DNA from: Candidatus Saccharimonadota bacterium
GTDB lineage: Bacteria > Patescibacteriota > Saccharimonadia > Saccharimonadales > Saccharimonadaceae
DNA: 62,045 bases
Assembly: GCA_014379635.1 (NCBI GenBank)
Contig: JACMLL010000033.1
Span: 1-62,045, forward strand
Direction: 5' to 3'
Below are positions 18,571 through 28,183 of this stretch, one piece after another (the first letter of the stretch is position 1; every line of letters starts with the position of its first letter). The notes beneath the pieces are model-generated. The model did not search any database, was not told the DNA's origin, and saw only the letters and a program-made list of their open reading frames with translations. The position numbers and the translations under genes are program-made.

Positions 18571-19026
18571 CTAGCCGATATTGATGATTTGGTACGTAAC
18601 ATCACCTTTCGGTGTGGTGATACTGGCACTATCGCCAACTTTTTTGCCAAACACAGCTTCTCCGATGGGAGATTTGTTGCTCACTTTACCCTCGTGTGGA
18701 TTAGCCTCAACCGGCCCTACAATAGTGTAAACGACTATTTTAGTGCCGTCAGTGAGCTCGACTTTACTACCAAGCGTCACGTGGGTCTTACTGCCTGTCT
18801 TGATGAGATCTGCGTTCAGCAGAATGTCCTCAATCTCGGCAATACGGCTTTCAAGCAGTCCCTGTTCTTCGCGCGCAGAATCATATTCGGCATTTTCGCT
18901 CAGATCACCAAAATCACGTGCTTCTGCAATTTTGTCAGCAATAGCACCCCGGCGACTTTTAAGACCCTTGAGTTCAAGTTCAAGTTCTTTCTTTCCGGTG
19001 GTGGTAATTTGGTATATTTTTTTCAT
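18571..19026 (-). CDS. greA: Transcription elongation factor GreA
   Basis: N-terminal coiled coil with ARDFGDLSENAEYDSAREEQ and a C-terminal globular domain. AAGGAAA Shine-Dalgarno sequence. Confidence 0.93.
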   Translation of the reverse strand: MKKIYQITTTGKKELELELKGLKSRRGAIADKIAEARDFGDLSENAEYDSAREEQGLLESRIAEIEDILLNADLIKTGSKTHVTLGSKVELTDGTKIVVYTIVGPVEANPHEGKVSNKSPIGEAVFGKKVGDSASITTPKGDVTYQIINIG

Positions 19027-19125
19027 TTTGTTATTTTCCTTTTAGCAAAAAGGTGCTTTTTACACACCTCATACGCTATATATAGTGTACCATACCGTAT
19101 AGACGACGCAAAATCATTTATTAGG

Positions 19126-20370
19126 TCAGCTAAGTTTAGCAACCAGTTGCTCGCGTGTCAATAAGGAGGTTTCTCCAGTTTTTCTTTCGGTAAATTCGTA
19201 CTGTTCACTTTTAATCAACCGGTCACTCACAGTTACTCGATACGGCACACCGATTAGTTCACTGTCGGCAAATTTCTGACCAGGCCGAACATCGCGATCA
19301 TCATATAACACTTCTACTTTTTGAACCATTAGCTCATCATATAGCGCATCCGCGTGCTCGGTGGCCTCATCTCCGCCAATCCGCACCAAATACACCTTGG
19401 CTGGAGCAACATTTTCAGGCCAGACAAGTCCCTTGTCATCAGAAAAGTGTTCGGCGAGAAGCCCCATCACACGACTTGGACCAATCCCATAACTACCCAT
19501 AATAACTTTTTTGCTTGTACCGTCCTCATCGGTGAAGGCAAGGTCGAGTGCATCGCTAAATTTGGTTCCAAGCGTAAAGATATTGCCCATTTCAACCGCC
19601 GTCTTCTCTACCATCTCACTTCTTTCAAGACCTAGGTCAGCAAGAACTTCGTCGTTATAGACCTCTTCGTTGATTGCAATTCTTCGAGCCTCGTGAACAT
19701 AAATCTTGTCCTCACCCACGGGACTAACTGTTTGAAATTCATGGCTGTATTTCGCAAAGCTTCCACCACTAGCAAACGTTTTGTATGTCAGATCCCCCAG
19801 CCCCAATCGCTCAAAGATATGCAAATACACGTCACTTATCTTTTCATAAAATACATCGTGTTCATCCTGTGTACGACTAAAGCTATATAAGTCCTTCATC
19901 CAAAATTCTCGGCCACGCATCAAGCCACTTTTAGAACGCAGCTCATTACGAAACTTGATTTGGAATTGGTACGGATATACCGGCAGGTCTTTGTAGCTTT
20001 GAATATGATTTTTCATAAGCTGCGTCAGCGGCTCTTCGTGCGTCGGAGCCAGCCCTAACTCGCTCCCACTGGCAAGTTTTGTTTTAAACCACACATCCAT
20101 TACTTCGTCGTTCCAGCGGCCTGAAGCTTCCCAGACGTCTTTTTGTTGTAAGGCGGTCAAGCTGACCTCACTACCACCAACCGAGTTCATTTCCTCACGA
20201 ATAATGTTGATAATCTTATCCAAAACAATTTTACCGAGCGGCAGATAGGCGTACACGCCGGCCATTTCTTTATGAACAAAGCCGGCCCGTATCAAAAGCT
20301 GGGCATTTTTGGCCACTTCATCAGCCGGAGCTGTTTTGCTGGTTTTTGTAAATAAGTTTGTTAATCGCAT
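19126..20370 (-). CDS. proS: Prolyl-tRNA synthetase, bacterial type without the INS editing domain
   Basis: The N-terminus MRLTNLFTKTSKTAPADEVAKNAQLLIRAGF is colinear with bacterial ProRS. Only about 35 aa lie between motif 2 and motif 3, where E. coli has about 180. AGGAGGA Shine-Dalgarno sequence. Confidence 0.9.
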   Translation of the reverse strand: MRLTNLFTKTSKTAPADEVAKNAQLLIRAGFVHKEMAGVYAYLPLGKIVLDKIINIIREEMNSVGGSEVSLTALQQKDVWEASGRWNDEVMDVWFKTKLASGSELGLAPTHEEPLTQLMKNHIQSYKDLPVYPYQFQIKFRNELRSKSGLMRGREFWMKDLYSFSRTQDEHDVFYEKISDVYLHIFERLGLGDLTYKTFASGGSFAKYSHEFQTVSPVGEDKIYVHEARRIAINEEVYNDEVLADLGLERSEMVEKTAVEMGNIFTLGTKFSDALDLAFTDEDGTSKKVIMGSYGIGPSRVMGLLAEHFSDDKGLVWPENVAPAKVYLVRIGGDEATEHADALYDELMVQKVEVLYDDRDVRPGQKFADSELIGVPYRVTVSDRLIKSEQYEFTERKTGETSLLTREQLVAKLS

Positions 20371-20372
20371 AA

Positions 20373-21116
20373 TTATCCTCCTAGTGTATTCAATAGTGTC
20401 GGATTAATAAAGAGGAAATAAAACGCAATCCCATTTTTTGTCATATGAAGAAGGATTGGCGCCCACAGACTACCGGTCGAAAGCCGAAGCAAACACAGCA
20501 CAATACTCAACGCAAATGTATCAATCGCCACGTTCCAGGCGCCATGGATAAAACCGAATAGCAAACTCGTGACAAGAATTGCAATCCAAATCGGTACGAA
20601 CTTTTTAAGTTTACCAAATAAATAGCCTCGAAACAGGACCTCCTCGGCGACGGGCGCGATGACCACGAGCGTAAGAAAGGCCAAGGCATATTCATAGCGC
20701 TGGCTTAATGATTCAAATCCCGTATTTTGTACCTCTGTCACGTCGAACCCAGATAGCAGTACTGTCGCCAAATAGATAAGCGCGGTAGAGATTAGAAAAT
20801 AAACAACTAGCCCAGCTGGCGCCGTCCAAATATCCATCCAAGTAGGAAGCCTGTGCAGGCCAAGGTCACTCAGTGTAGTGCGACGCTTTTTAATAATCCA
20901 AGGAAGTCCAATAACAAGACCAAGCGTCACGAGGTAAATAAGAGCTGCAGCTGCACTCGTCAGCAGATTCTCGTTAATAGCGCCAAGTGGTGATAAAGGT
21001 GAATTCGAGAGTAACCACAGTAAGCCCCCGACAAGCAGCTGAGCAGCCAAAAAGCCGCCAAAAATCCACCCAGGCAAAACAACTATCATCCACCATTTAG
21101 AAAAGTTTTGTAACAT
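20373..21116 (-). CDS. CPBP family intramembrane metalloprotease (CAAX protease-like)
   Basis: Polytopic membrane protein with EEVLFRGYLF and FGFIHG motifs. The start is uncertain (TTG 21122, ATG 21116 or ATG 21089). Confidence 0.8.
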   Translation of the reverse strand: MLQNFSKWWMIVVLPGWIFGGFLAAQLLVGGLLWLLSNSPLSPLGAINENLLTSAAAALIYLVTLGLVIGLPWIIKKRRTTLSDLGLHRLPTWMDIWTAPAGLVVYFLISTALIYLATVLLSGFDVTEVQNTGFESLSQRYEYALAFLTLVVIAPVAEEVLFRGYLFGKLKKFVPIWIAILVTSLLFGFIHGAWNVAIDTFALSIVLCLLRLSTGSLWAPILLHMTKNGIAFYFLFINPTLLNTLGG

Positions 21117-22236
21117 CCGCAATCGTTATAAGGACGACAAGGCCCATTAATGTCAAGAAACCGACAGTTTGTATTTTCTCTTCACGCTCTTTGGTAAGTT
21201 GTTTTTTAGATACTCGAAACAAAGCAGTGACGAACCAGCGACCACCGTCAAGTGCAGGAATTGGCAAGGCATTCATAACAGCCAAAGTTAGCGAGATAAT
21301 CGCTGTCAAAAATACAAGTTGAGTTGGACCCGCTCGCTCGGCCTGCGGAAAAATAGTTCCCAAAATACCAATAGGACCCGCCACACTCTCGCCTACCGTT
21401 TTGAGATTTTTGCTTGCTTCACTGCGAGTTGACTGGTCTGGACTCAGCTGTAAAAATAGACCGCTGGCTAGATTACCGACAAGATTGCCAAGCCCTTGAA
21501 GTGTTGCCCAGGTGAATTGTCCAGTCGTCACGATGCCAACTATCGGAGCCGACCAAGTTGATTCTGTCAGTTGTCGCTGACCAAGACCGGCCCCAAATAA
21601 GCTACCCACTTTATCACTGCGGAGAGTAAGCCTTACCACAGACTCGGTGCCGCCACGTGCATATATTACATCTACGGGCTTGCCCTTGTTGAGCTTGGTC
21701 AGGTCAATCAGCGCCTGAACTGACGGTACTGCTTGCCCGGCAAAACGAATAATTGTATCCCCTTCTTTCAAACCAGCTTTTTGCGCAGGGTAATCAGGCA
21801 TAAGCATAGTAATCTCGACTGGCCGTTGTACTATCGCTGTATCGCTTGCAATCGTAAACTGATCCGGCAGTACTTTAGGTAATCCAGTAACAGCAAGAAC
21901 TGTTAGTAAGAGTGCGGCAACTACCCAGTTAGTAACGACTCCGGCCAACAAAATCTTGGTTTTTTGCCAAAAACTTGCCGCACCATAATCACCTTTACTA
22001 CTGGCGGCATCATGCTCGCCCTGAAGCTTCACAAAACCTCCAAGTGGCAGCCAGTTAAGGCTAAAAAGAACGCCGTTTTTTAGTTTTTTACTCCAGGCCC
22101 GTGGCGGAAATCCGACACCAAACTCTTCGACGACAACTCCGTTGCGACGGGCCACAATGGCATGTCCTAATTCATGAACTACTACCAAAAAAACCAGAAT
22201 TATCAAACCGAGAGCAATACCAACAATTAATTCCAT
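21097..22236 (-). CDS. rseP: RIP site-2 metalloprotease RseP/RasP
   Basis: HELGHAIVAR (HExxH) in TM1, a PDZ domain, and a C-terminal LDGG-type motif (PALDGGRW). Confidence 0.92.
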   Translation of the reverse strand: MELIVGIALGLIILVFLVVVHELGHAIVARRNGVVVEEFGVGFPPRAWSKKLKNGVLFSLNWLPLGGFVKLQGEHDAASSKGDYGAASFWQKTKILLAGVVTNWVVAALLLTVLAVTGLPKVLPDQFTIASDTAIVQRPVEITMLMPDYPAQKAGLKEGDTIIRFAGQAVPSVQALIDLTKLNKGKPVDVIYARGGTESVVRLTLRSDKVGSLFGAGLGQRQLTESTWSAPIVGIVTTGQFTWATLQGLGNLVGNLASGLFLQLSPDQSTRSEASKNLKTVGESVAGPIGILGTIFPQAERAGPTQLVFLTAIISLTLAVMNALPIPALDGGRWFVTALFRVSKKQLTKEREEKIQTVGFLTLMGLVVLITIADVTKLF

Positions 22237-22926
22237 TTATCCCCCAAAACGCCGTGCGCGCGTGCTATATTCTTTTAGTATATCGGTTACATCCTCTTTT
22301 GTCATATCTGGCCACAGTTTATCAAGGAATAACAGTTCGGCGTAAGCCGATCGCCATAGCATAAAGTTAGATAAGCGGTGCTCCCCGCTTGATCGAACAA
22401 TCAAATCGAGTGCTGGTAAACCTGGTTCATAGAGGTTGTTTTCAATTAATTCGGGAGTTATTTCATCACTGGCGACGCCCGACTGAACAATTTTTTTAAC
22501 CGCATCTGCAATTTCGATTTGTCCGCCGTAATTAAAGCAGACCGCAAGTGTCCCACCGGTGTTATCGGCTGTTTGAGCTTCGGCATCAATAATTGCCTTG
22601 AGGATTTTCTTATCAACTCGATCAAGCGAACCAAGCACTTTAAGCTTGATGTTGTTATCGTTGAATATATGCAAGTCAGACGTCAGCAAGCGCAGCACAA
22701 GCCCCATCAATTTACTGACCTCGTCTTCGCTCCGTTTCCAGTTTTCGGTACTAAAAATATAGGCAGAAACATACTCAACACCGGCGTCAAACGTCGCTTT
22801 AGTAACTTCATGGATAGCATTATAGCCAGCCAAATGGCCTTCGTACGCCGGAAGACCGTGTTTTTTAGCCCAGCGACGATTACCGTCAACAATAAAACCT
22901 ATATGGCGAGGGGTAAAATCAGCCAT
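22237..22926 (-). CDS. uppS: Isoprenyl transferase (undecaprenyl-diphosphate synthase)
   Basis: HIGFIVDGNRRWAKKHGL, the SAYIFSTENWKR motif, and RSSGEHRLSNFMLW. Confidence 0.95.
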   Translation of the reverse strand: MADFTPRHIGFIVDGNRRWAKKHGLPAYEGHLAGYNAIHEVTKATFDAGVEYVSAYIFSTENWKRSEDEVSKLMGLVLRLLTSDLHIFNDNNIKLKVLGSLDRVDKKILKAIIDAEAQTADNTGGTLAVCFNYGGQIEIADAVKKIVQSGVASDEITPELIENNLYEPGLPALDLIVRSSGEHRLSNFMLWRSAYAELLFLDKLWPDMTKEDVTDILKEYSTRARRFGG

Positions 22927-23480
22927 TAGATTGTTAGAATATCTTTTTCTTTGGCTCTAAAAATTACATCGATTTTGCTGTTGTACGAGCCAATGTCATC
23001 GTCAATCCCTTTTTCAATTCGTTTGACGTCATCTTCGGATAGTTCTTTGTTCTCTTTTTTGCGCTTAGCATCTTTTAGGGCGTCCTGACGGATGTTGCGC
23101 AGGGCAATACGAGCTTCCTCAACCTTATCGCCTGTTTGCTTAACCAATTGGCGACGACGTTCTTCGGTCAGAGACGGAACCGAAACGCGTACAATACGGC
23201 CATCATCGCTTGGATTAAATCCGAGCGACTGGTCAGCCCGGATTGCTGCAGCAATAAGTTGTACATTACTCGGATCAAACGGTGTTACCTGAAGTAGCTG
23301 CGGCTCAGGTGCTGTAATGTTAGCCACTTGGTTAAGCGGTGTCTTTTGCCCGTAGACTTCGACCAAAATACCGTCGAGCATGGCTGGATGCGAGCGTCCG
23401 GTGCGAACTTTTTTTAACTCTTCTTCAAAATGAGCGATTGCCAGCTCAAACTTTTCCTCATATGGCTTGGTATCAAACAT
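22926..23480 (-). CDS. frr: Ribosome recycling factor
   Basis: 184 aa with LDGILVEVYGQKTPLNQVANI...RVSVPSLTEERRRQLVK, typical of RRF. Confidence 0.95.
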   Translation of the reverse strand: MFDTKPYEEKFELAIAHFEEELKKVRTGRSHPAMLDGILVEVYGQKTPLNQVANITAPEPQLLQVTPFDPSNVQLIAAAIRADQSLGFNPSDDGRIVRVSVPSLTEERRRQLVKQTGDKVEEARIALRNIRQDALKDAKRKKENKELSEDDVKRIEKGIDDDIGSYNSKIDVIFRAKEKDILTI

Positions 23481-23513
23481 AGTCCTCTTTTCTTACTTTG
23501 TCTTAATTATAGC

Positions 23514-23543
23514 AAAAATCGCCCCTTTCGGAGCGATTTTTTT
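23514..23543. terminator. Intrinsic terminator after tsf (A/T-flanked, potentially bidirectional)
   Basis: aaaaatcgc...gcgattttt stem flanked by runs. An extended -10 for frr (TGCTATAAT) follows it on the minus strand. Confidence 0.6.
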
Positions 23544-23563
23544 CACCTAACAGTAGTTTGGTC

Positions 23564-24160
23564 TTATTCTGTAACGCCGAGCTCAATGCGTTTGAACTGA
23601 CGAATTACAATGTTTTCACCGAGAATGGCGACGTTTTCTTTCAAAAAATCGTTAACGGTCTGTTTGTCGTTTTTGATGTAGGTTTGGTTAAGCAGGACTT
23701 TTTCATCAAAGTTCTTCTTTACCTGACCAGCCACGATCTTTTCAGCGATAGCCGCCGGTTTGCCTTCGGCTTTGACACGTTCGTGAGATTCACTCCGAAC
23801 ACGCTCCAATTCTTCGGCTGGAATATCGGCTTCACTGACATAGATAGGTGCCATCGCAGCAATCTGCAATGCAATTTCATGGGCGAAAGTCTTGAAAGTA
23901 TCAAGACGGGCCACGAAATCAGTCTCGCAGTTTACTTCAACCAAAACACCAATACGTCCGCTGTGAACATAGCTATCGATAATTCCTTCGCGCGCTTCAC
24001 GATCGCCTTTTTTCTCGGCTTTAGTAACGCCTTTTTTGCGCAACGCTTCGAGGGCTTTATCAAAGTTACCTTCCGCGTCAACCAGCGCAGCCTTGGCGTC
24101 GGTCAAGCCGATACCGGTGAGTTCTTTGAGTTTCTTAATGTCGTCAATTGATACGCCCAT
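23564..24160 (-). CDS. tsf: Elongation factor Ts (short form)
   Basis: N-terminal UBA-like IKKLKELTGIGLTDAKAALVDAEGNFDKALEALRKKG. 198 aa, directly downstream of rpsB. Confidence 0.93.
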   Translation of the reverse strand: MGVSIDDIKKLKELTGIGLTDAKAALVDAEGNFDKALEALRKKGVTKAEKKGDREAREGIIDSYVHSGRIGVLVEVNCETDFVARLDTFKTFAHEIALQIAAMAPIYVSEADIPAEELERVRSESHERVKAEGKPAAIAEKIVAGQVKKNFDEKVLLNQTYIKNDKQTVNDFLKENVAILGENIVIRQFKRIELGVTE

Positions 24161-24162
24161 CG

Positions 24163-24891
24163 TTATTTCTCCTCTTTGACAGCTTCTTTATCGGCTGCTT
24201 TTTCAGCACCTGCGCCTTCGCGGACTGCAGCAGCGACATAATCAAGTAACAGTTGAACACCCTTGATAGCATCGTCGTTGCCAGGAATAACATAGTCAAT
24301 CAGTGATGGGTCAGCGTTGGTATCAACCACGGCTACAATAGGAACGCCGAGCGTTTTGGATTCCTTGATGGCATTGATATCACCAATCACGTCGATTACA
24401 AATAAGGCACCTGGTTTACCGTTAAGGTCTTTAATGCCTCCGTATTTACCGTTCAATTCGTCAATATCTTCTTGGAAGCGCTGGACTTCAAGTTTGTTAT
24501 AACGCTTCTCAAGGTCACCTGACACCATACGTTTTTCAAGATCTTTCAGTTTCTTGATTTGTTGACCGACTGTCGCGACATTTGTCAAAATTCCACCAAG
24601 CCATCGTTCGGTCACATATGGTTGATTCAACGATTCAGCTGTTGTGCGCACGATTTCTTTGGTGTGCTTTTTTGTGCCTACAAACAAAATTTGCTTGCCG
24701 CTGCTTACAACGCTCGTCAAAAATGGAAGCGCGCTGTCGAGGCCTTCGACGGTCTTTGTCAGATCAATAATGTGACTGTCCTGACGTTTGCTATGGATGT
24801 ATGGCGCCATTTTAGGGTGCCAACGGCTGGTCTTGTGACCAAAGTGTACGCCTGCTTCAAGCAGGGCTTTAATATCGACAGTTACTGCCAT
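24163..24891 (-). CDS. rpsB: 30S ribosomal protein S2
   Basis: LLEAGVHFGHKTSRWHPKMAPYI and GGILTN motifs. AAAGGAG Shine-Dalgarno sequence. Confidence 0.96.
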   Translation of the reverse strand: MAVTVDIKALLEAGVHFGHKTSRWHPKMAPYIHSKRQDSHIIDLTKTVEGLDSALPFLTSVVSSGKQILFVGTKKHTKEIVRTTAESLNQPYVTERWLGGILTNVATVGQQIKKLKDLEKRMVSGDLEKRYNKLEVQRFQEDIDELNGKYGGIKDLNGKPGALFVIDVIGDINAIKESKTLGVPIVAVVDTNADPSLIDYVIPGNDDAIKGVQLLLDYVAAAVREGAGAEKAADKEAVKEEK

Positions 24892-25024
24892 GATGTTTTG
24901 AACTCCTTTTTCCTCACCCGCGCGCCTGATGGTTTCAGGAGTGGTGTTGCGCGAGCTGTGTCGTTAAAATAATTTACCTTGTGAGTATAACCCCTTGGGC
25001 AATAAATTTCAAGAGCCGCCACCT

Positions 25025-25053
25025 TTGACAAGTCACGCAAAAACAGATACAAT
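25025..25053 (+). promoter_or_regulatory. Promoter for rpmE (TTGACA-17 nt-TACAAT); the ATG lies 10 nt after the -10
   Basis: TTGACA at 25025-25030, a 17-nt spacer, and TACAAT at 25048-25053. No Shine-Dalgarno sequence between the -10 and the ATG at 25064. Confidence 0.6.
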
Positions 25054-25063
25054 AGCTCAGATT

Positions 25064-25390
25064 ATGAAAACTAACCTACACCCAACCGAATATCGTCCCG
25101 TCGTATTTAGCGATGACGTGGCTGGGTTTGCTTTTTTGACTCAGTCAACGACGCAGACCACCGACACTATTAAATGGGAAGATGGCAACGAGTACCCACT
25201 AGTCAAAGTCCACATCTCAAGCGCCTCTCACCCGTTCTTCACTGGTGAAGAGAAAATTATCGACACCGAAGGCCGTGTCGACCGTTACAAAGCGAAATTT
25301 GCCGCTGCAGAGTCTCGAAAAACTGCTCTGGCCAGCAAAGCCAAAAAAGCTGCTGCCGTTAAAGCTAAAAAAGCTAATATCGAGCAATAA
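25064..25390 (+). CDS. rpmE: 50S ribosomal protein L31 (Cys-less type B, with a Lys/Ala-rich C-terminal tail)
   Basis: [10 protein letters not shown]...[24 protein letters not shown]. No CxxC zinc motif. The ORF-track start at 24995 is upstream of the promoter. Confidence 0.9.
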   Translation: MKTNLHPTEYRPVVFSDDVAGFAFLTQSTTQTTDTIKWEDGNEYPLVKVHISSASHPFFTGEEKIIDTEGRVDRYKAKFAAAESRKTALASKAKKAAAVKAKKANIEQ

Positions 25391-25401
25391 TACAGCTCCT
25401 A

Positions 25402-25431
25402 AAAAGAGACTACTTTACGTAGTCTCTTTTT
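25402..25431 (+). terminator. Intrinsic terminator after rpmE
   Basis: 12-bp perfect stem aaaagagactac / gtagtctctttt, a 5-nt loop and a T-run. Confidence 0.75.
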
Positions 25432-25454
25432 ATATGCGATAATATAAGGAACTT

Positions 25455-26525
25455 ATGCCAAAGATCAGCCTCAACATCGACGAACTCCAAACTGAGCAAA
25501 AACAGCTCGGTGACTTTTTAGCTCGTCCCGATGCGTACGCCAGCGACGACTACACCATCAAGAACAAACGCTTCACCGAGCTTGAGGCGATCTTGGAAAA
25601 AGCCGTCCTGCGAGAAACCCTCGAAGCACAGCTAGTCGAGGCCAAAGCCCTTATGGGCGGCAGCGACGAACTGGCAGAACTGGCCAAGCTTGAAGTGAGC
25701 GATATCGATGGCCGATTAGAACAACTCGAGAACGACTTATTTATCATGTTGGCCCCAAAAGATCCAAACGATGAAAAGAACGTAATTATCGAAATTCGCG
25801 CCGGTGCCGGTGGCGACGAAGCCAGTTTGTTTGCGGCCGAACTATACCGGATGTATTTGCGTTACTGCGAGACCCACTCGCTCCGAACCGAACTTATTAG
25901 CGAAAGCGCCAACGATACCGGCGGCTACAAAGAAGTTATTTTTAGCGTCAAAGGCGATAGTCCCTACTCGAAGCTTAAGTTCGAATCTGGCGTTCACCGT
26001 GTCCAACGAGTTCCAGCGACCGAATCCCAGGGTCGGATTCATACCAGCACCGTGACCGTTGCAGTCTTACCTGAAGCGGCCGAGACTGATGTCGAGATTA
26101 ATGCCAACGAACTTAAAATCGATGTTTACCGGGCTGGTGGCCATGGCGGCCAATCCGTTAATACCACCGACAGTGCCGTTCGTATCACCCACCTGCCAAC
26201 TGGCCTGGTCGTCACCAACCAAGACGAGAAATCACAAATTAAAAACAAAGAAAAAGCTATGAGCGTACTACGTAGCCGCCTGTTACAAGCGAAACTCGAC
26301 GAAGAACGTTCAACGCTAGACGCCCAACGTCGCAGCCTGATTGGTAGTGGCGATCGCAGCGAAAAAATCCGCACCTATAACTTCCCACAAGACCGAATCA
26401 CCGATCACCGCATCGGCTACAGCCGCAGCGGCATCCCGCAGGCCATGAACGGCGCGATTGAGGACCTAATCGAGCATTTACAAGCCTATGAACGCGAACT
26501 CGCTGCCGCCAGTGCTAGTAATTAA
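25455..26525 (+). CDS. prfA: Peptide chain release factor 1
   Basis: PAT tripeptide ([15 protein letters not shown]) and GGQ ([26 protein letters not shown]). Confidence 0.95.
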   Translation: MPKISLNIDELQTEQKQLGDFLARPDAYASDDYTIKNKRFTELEAILEKAVLRETLEAQLVEAKALMGGSDELAELAKLEVSDIDGRLEQLENDLFIMLAPKDPNDEKNVIIEIRAGAGGDEASLFAAELYRMYLRYCETHSLRTELISESANDTGGYKEVIFSVKGDSPYSKLKFESGVHRVQRVPATESQGRIHTSTVTVAVLPEAAETDVEINANELKIDVYRAGGHGGQSVNTTDSAVRITHLPTGLVVTNQDEKSQIKNKEKAMSVLRSRLLQAKLDEERSTLDAQRRSLIGSGDRSEKIRTYNFPQDRITDHRIGYSRSGIPQAMNGAIEDLIEHLQAYERELAAASASN

Positions 26526-27342
26526 TAGCTGGCTCCAGTCTGCTTCTAGCCAGCTGAAAGCAGCTAATATAGCAAGTGCGCACTTAGATGCCGAGCTTAT
26601 TCTGGCCCATACCTTACGAAAAAATCGAACCTATCTTCATGCCCACTCTGACGACATATTAGAACCCCGCGTTCAGGAAATTGCCGATGCCAGGCTGGCG
26701 CTTCGACTCGACCACGTCCCTATTGCCTATATTGTTGGCTACAAAGAATTTTACGGTCGCCGTTTCTCGGTGACCACCGACACGCTTATTCCCCGTCCCG
26801 AATCAGAGAGTATCATCGACTCATTAAAAGAGCTCGTACCTGACAATTTGCTTCCATTTAACGGCACGAGGTTGCGCCTGGTCGATGTTGGAACCGGCAG
26901 TGGCTGTCTTGGCATTACCGCAAAGCTCGAGTTGCCAGAGCTAGAGGTAACGCTGATGGATATCAGCCTCCCTGCCCTCACGGTCGCCACAACCAACGCT
27001 AAGCGACTGCACGCCAACGTCACGATACGTAAAAGTGATTTATTGCAAAACTATCCTCTGCCCGCAGACGTTATTGTCGCCAACCTGCCCTACGTCGACC
27101 CTTTGTGGGAGCGTTCACCCGATACCAACCACGAGCCCACTCTTGCTCTTTTTGCAGATGACGGAGGTAAAGCTCTTATCAATAAACTCATCGACCAGTC
27201 AGTTGCTATCCTCAACCCACAAGGCCTGCTTCTACTCGAAGCTGATCCGCAGCAGCATGCTCCAATTATTGCCTTTGCTGGTCAAAAAGGCTTTCAACTT
27301 GTCAGGAAACAGGAATACTGTATCGCATTAAAATTGTCTTAG
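26488..27342 (+). CDS. prmC: Release-factor glutamine N5-methyltransferase PrmC/HemK
   Basis: SAM motif [11 protein letters not shown]. The catalytic tetrapeptide reads NLPY (VIVANLPYV) rather than NPPY. Follows prfA. The start is uncertain (ATG 26488 overlaps prfA by 38 nt; an alternative GTG lies at about 26512). Confidence 0.85.
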   Translation: MNANSLPPVLVINSWLQSASSQLKAANIASAHLDAELILAHTLRKNRTYLHAHSDDILEPRVQEIADARLALRLDHVPIAYIVGYKEFYGRRFSVTTDTLIPRPESESIIDSLKELVPDNLLPFNGTRLRLVDVGTGSGCLGITAKLELPELEVTLMDISLPALTVATTNAKRLHANVTIRKSDLLQNYPLPADVIVANLPYVDPLWERSPDTNHEPTLALFADDGGKALINKLIDQSVAILNPQGLLLLEADPQQHAPIIAFAGQKGFQLVRKQEYCIALKLS

Positions 27343-28148
27343 ATGCCGATAGTAACGTTTGCACCACCCCATAAATTGAGGACTATAGGCACTATCACGA
27401 TAATACTAATTGTAAATAACACGGGCAGAATAATATCATTACCACGAATTTTTTGATGATGATAGTACGAATCGTAGCACTGTTGTAATATAAACCCAAT
27501 ACACAGAACCGTCAGGGACACCCGTGGCAGAAGCACGCTTTCACTACCCAGGCTATAGGCAATTGTCCAATGATAAGCCAGCCAGCCGAGCTCAGCCATC
27601 ACAAGGCCCCACAATAAGCTCAGAAACAAAATATGAGTCTCGTTATAACTTGCCAACACGTGATGCGCAGTGGCGAAGCCAATCAACCACATCAGTACCA
27701 CCACCGTTGAAGCCGGCCAACCGTACGAAATTGTGTACAGGGCGGCAACACCCGCAGATAAAGCGACGCCAGCCTGTAGGGCAACGTATAGCCTTTTCGA
27801 TTGTGGTTTTAAAAATAGCAGCCAACAGATATAAAGTAATGTAAACACCCCCAGAATGAATACCTTTTGAAAGCCGCCGACGTTGCTAATATATGTCGTA
27901 TACAAAAATACAACCAGACTAATACTGACGATGAAATCAACCAAATTCGCCTGCACGTTCACAAACCAGTATCTTGGCTTAACAGCCAGCACTCTCCACT
28001 TACTTAGGAATATCAAGCCAACCGCAGGCCACGGAGATTCGGTTGCCCGTATCACGAGCACCACAACTATCGCCAACCCAATGTTTAGACCAATATAGAC
28101 AATTTCACTTAAAAGCGATCGACGGCGAGCATTCTTTAAAAATTCCAT
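27339..28148 (-). CDS. Polytopic membrane protein, function unknown
   Basis: About 8 hydrophobic segments and no recognisable motif. Confidence 0.6.
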   Translation of the reverse strand: MEFLKNARRRSLLSEIVYIGLNIGLAIVVVLVIRATESPWPAVGLIFLSKWRVLAVKPRYWFVNVQANLVDFIVSISLVVFLYTTYISNVGGFQKVFILGVFTLLYICWLLFLKPQSKRLYVALQAGVALSAGVAALYTISYGWPASTVVVLMWLIGFATAHHVLASYNETHILFLSLLWGLVMAELGWLAYHWTIAYSLGSESVLLPRVSLTVLCIGFILQQCYDSYYHHQKIRGNDIILPVLFTISIIVIVPIVLNLWGGANVTIGI

Positions 28149-28183
28149 AATTATCTATTATTATACCACGCAACAACCGTTGC

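Noticed and set aside
23558-24151. 197-aa ORF exactly antisense to tsf. Similar long antisense ORFs occur at 18589-19164 (greA), 28793-29335 (LCP), 54912-55544 (rpsA/LPXTG), 16925-17338 and 17651-18088 (lysS).
   Set aside because: These are shadow ORFs of confidently identified genes. Their translations are low-complexity (Phe/Val/Asn-rich mirrors of Lys/Glu-rich proteins), and they lack Shine-Dalgarno sequences or promoters.
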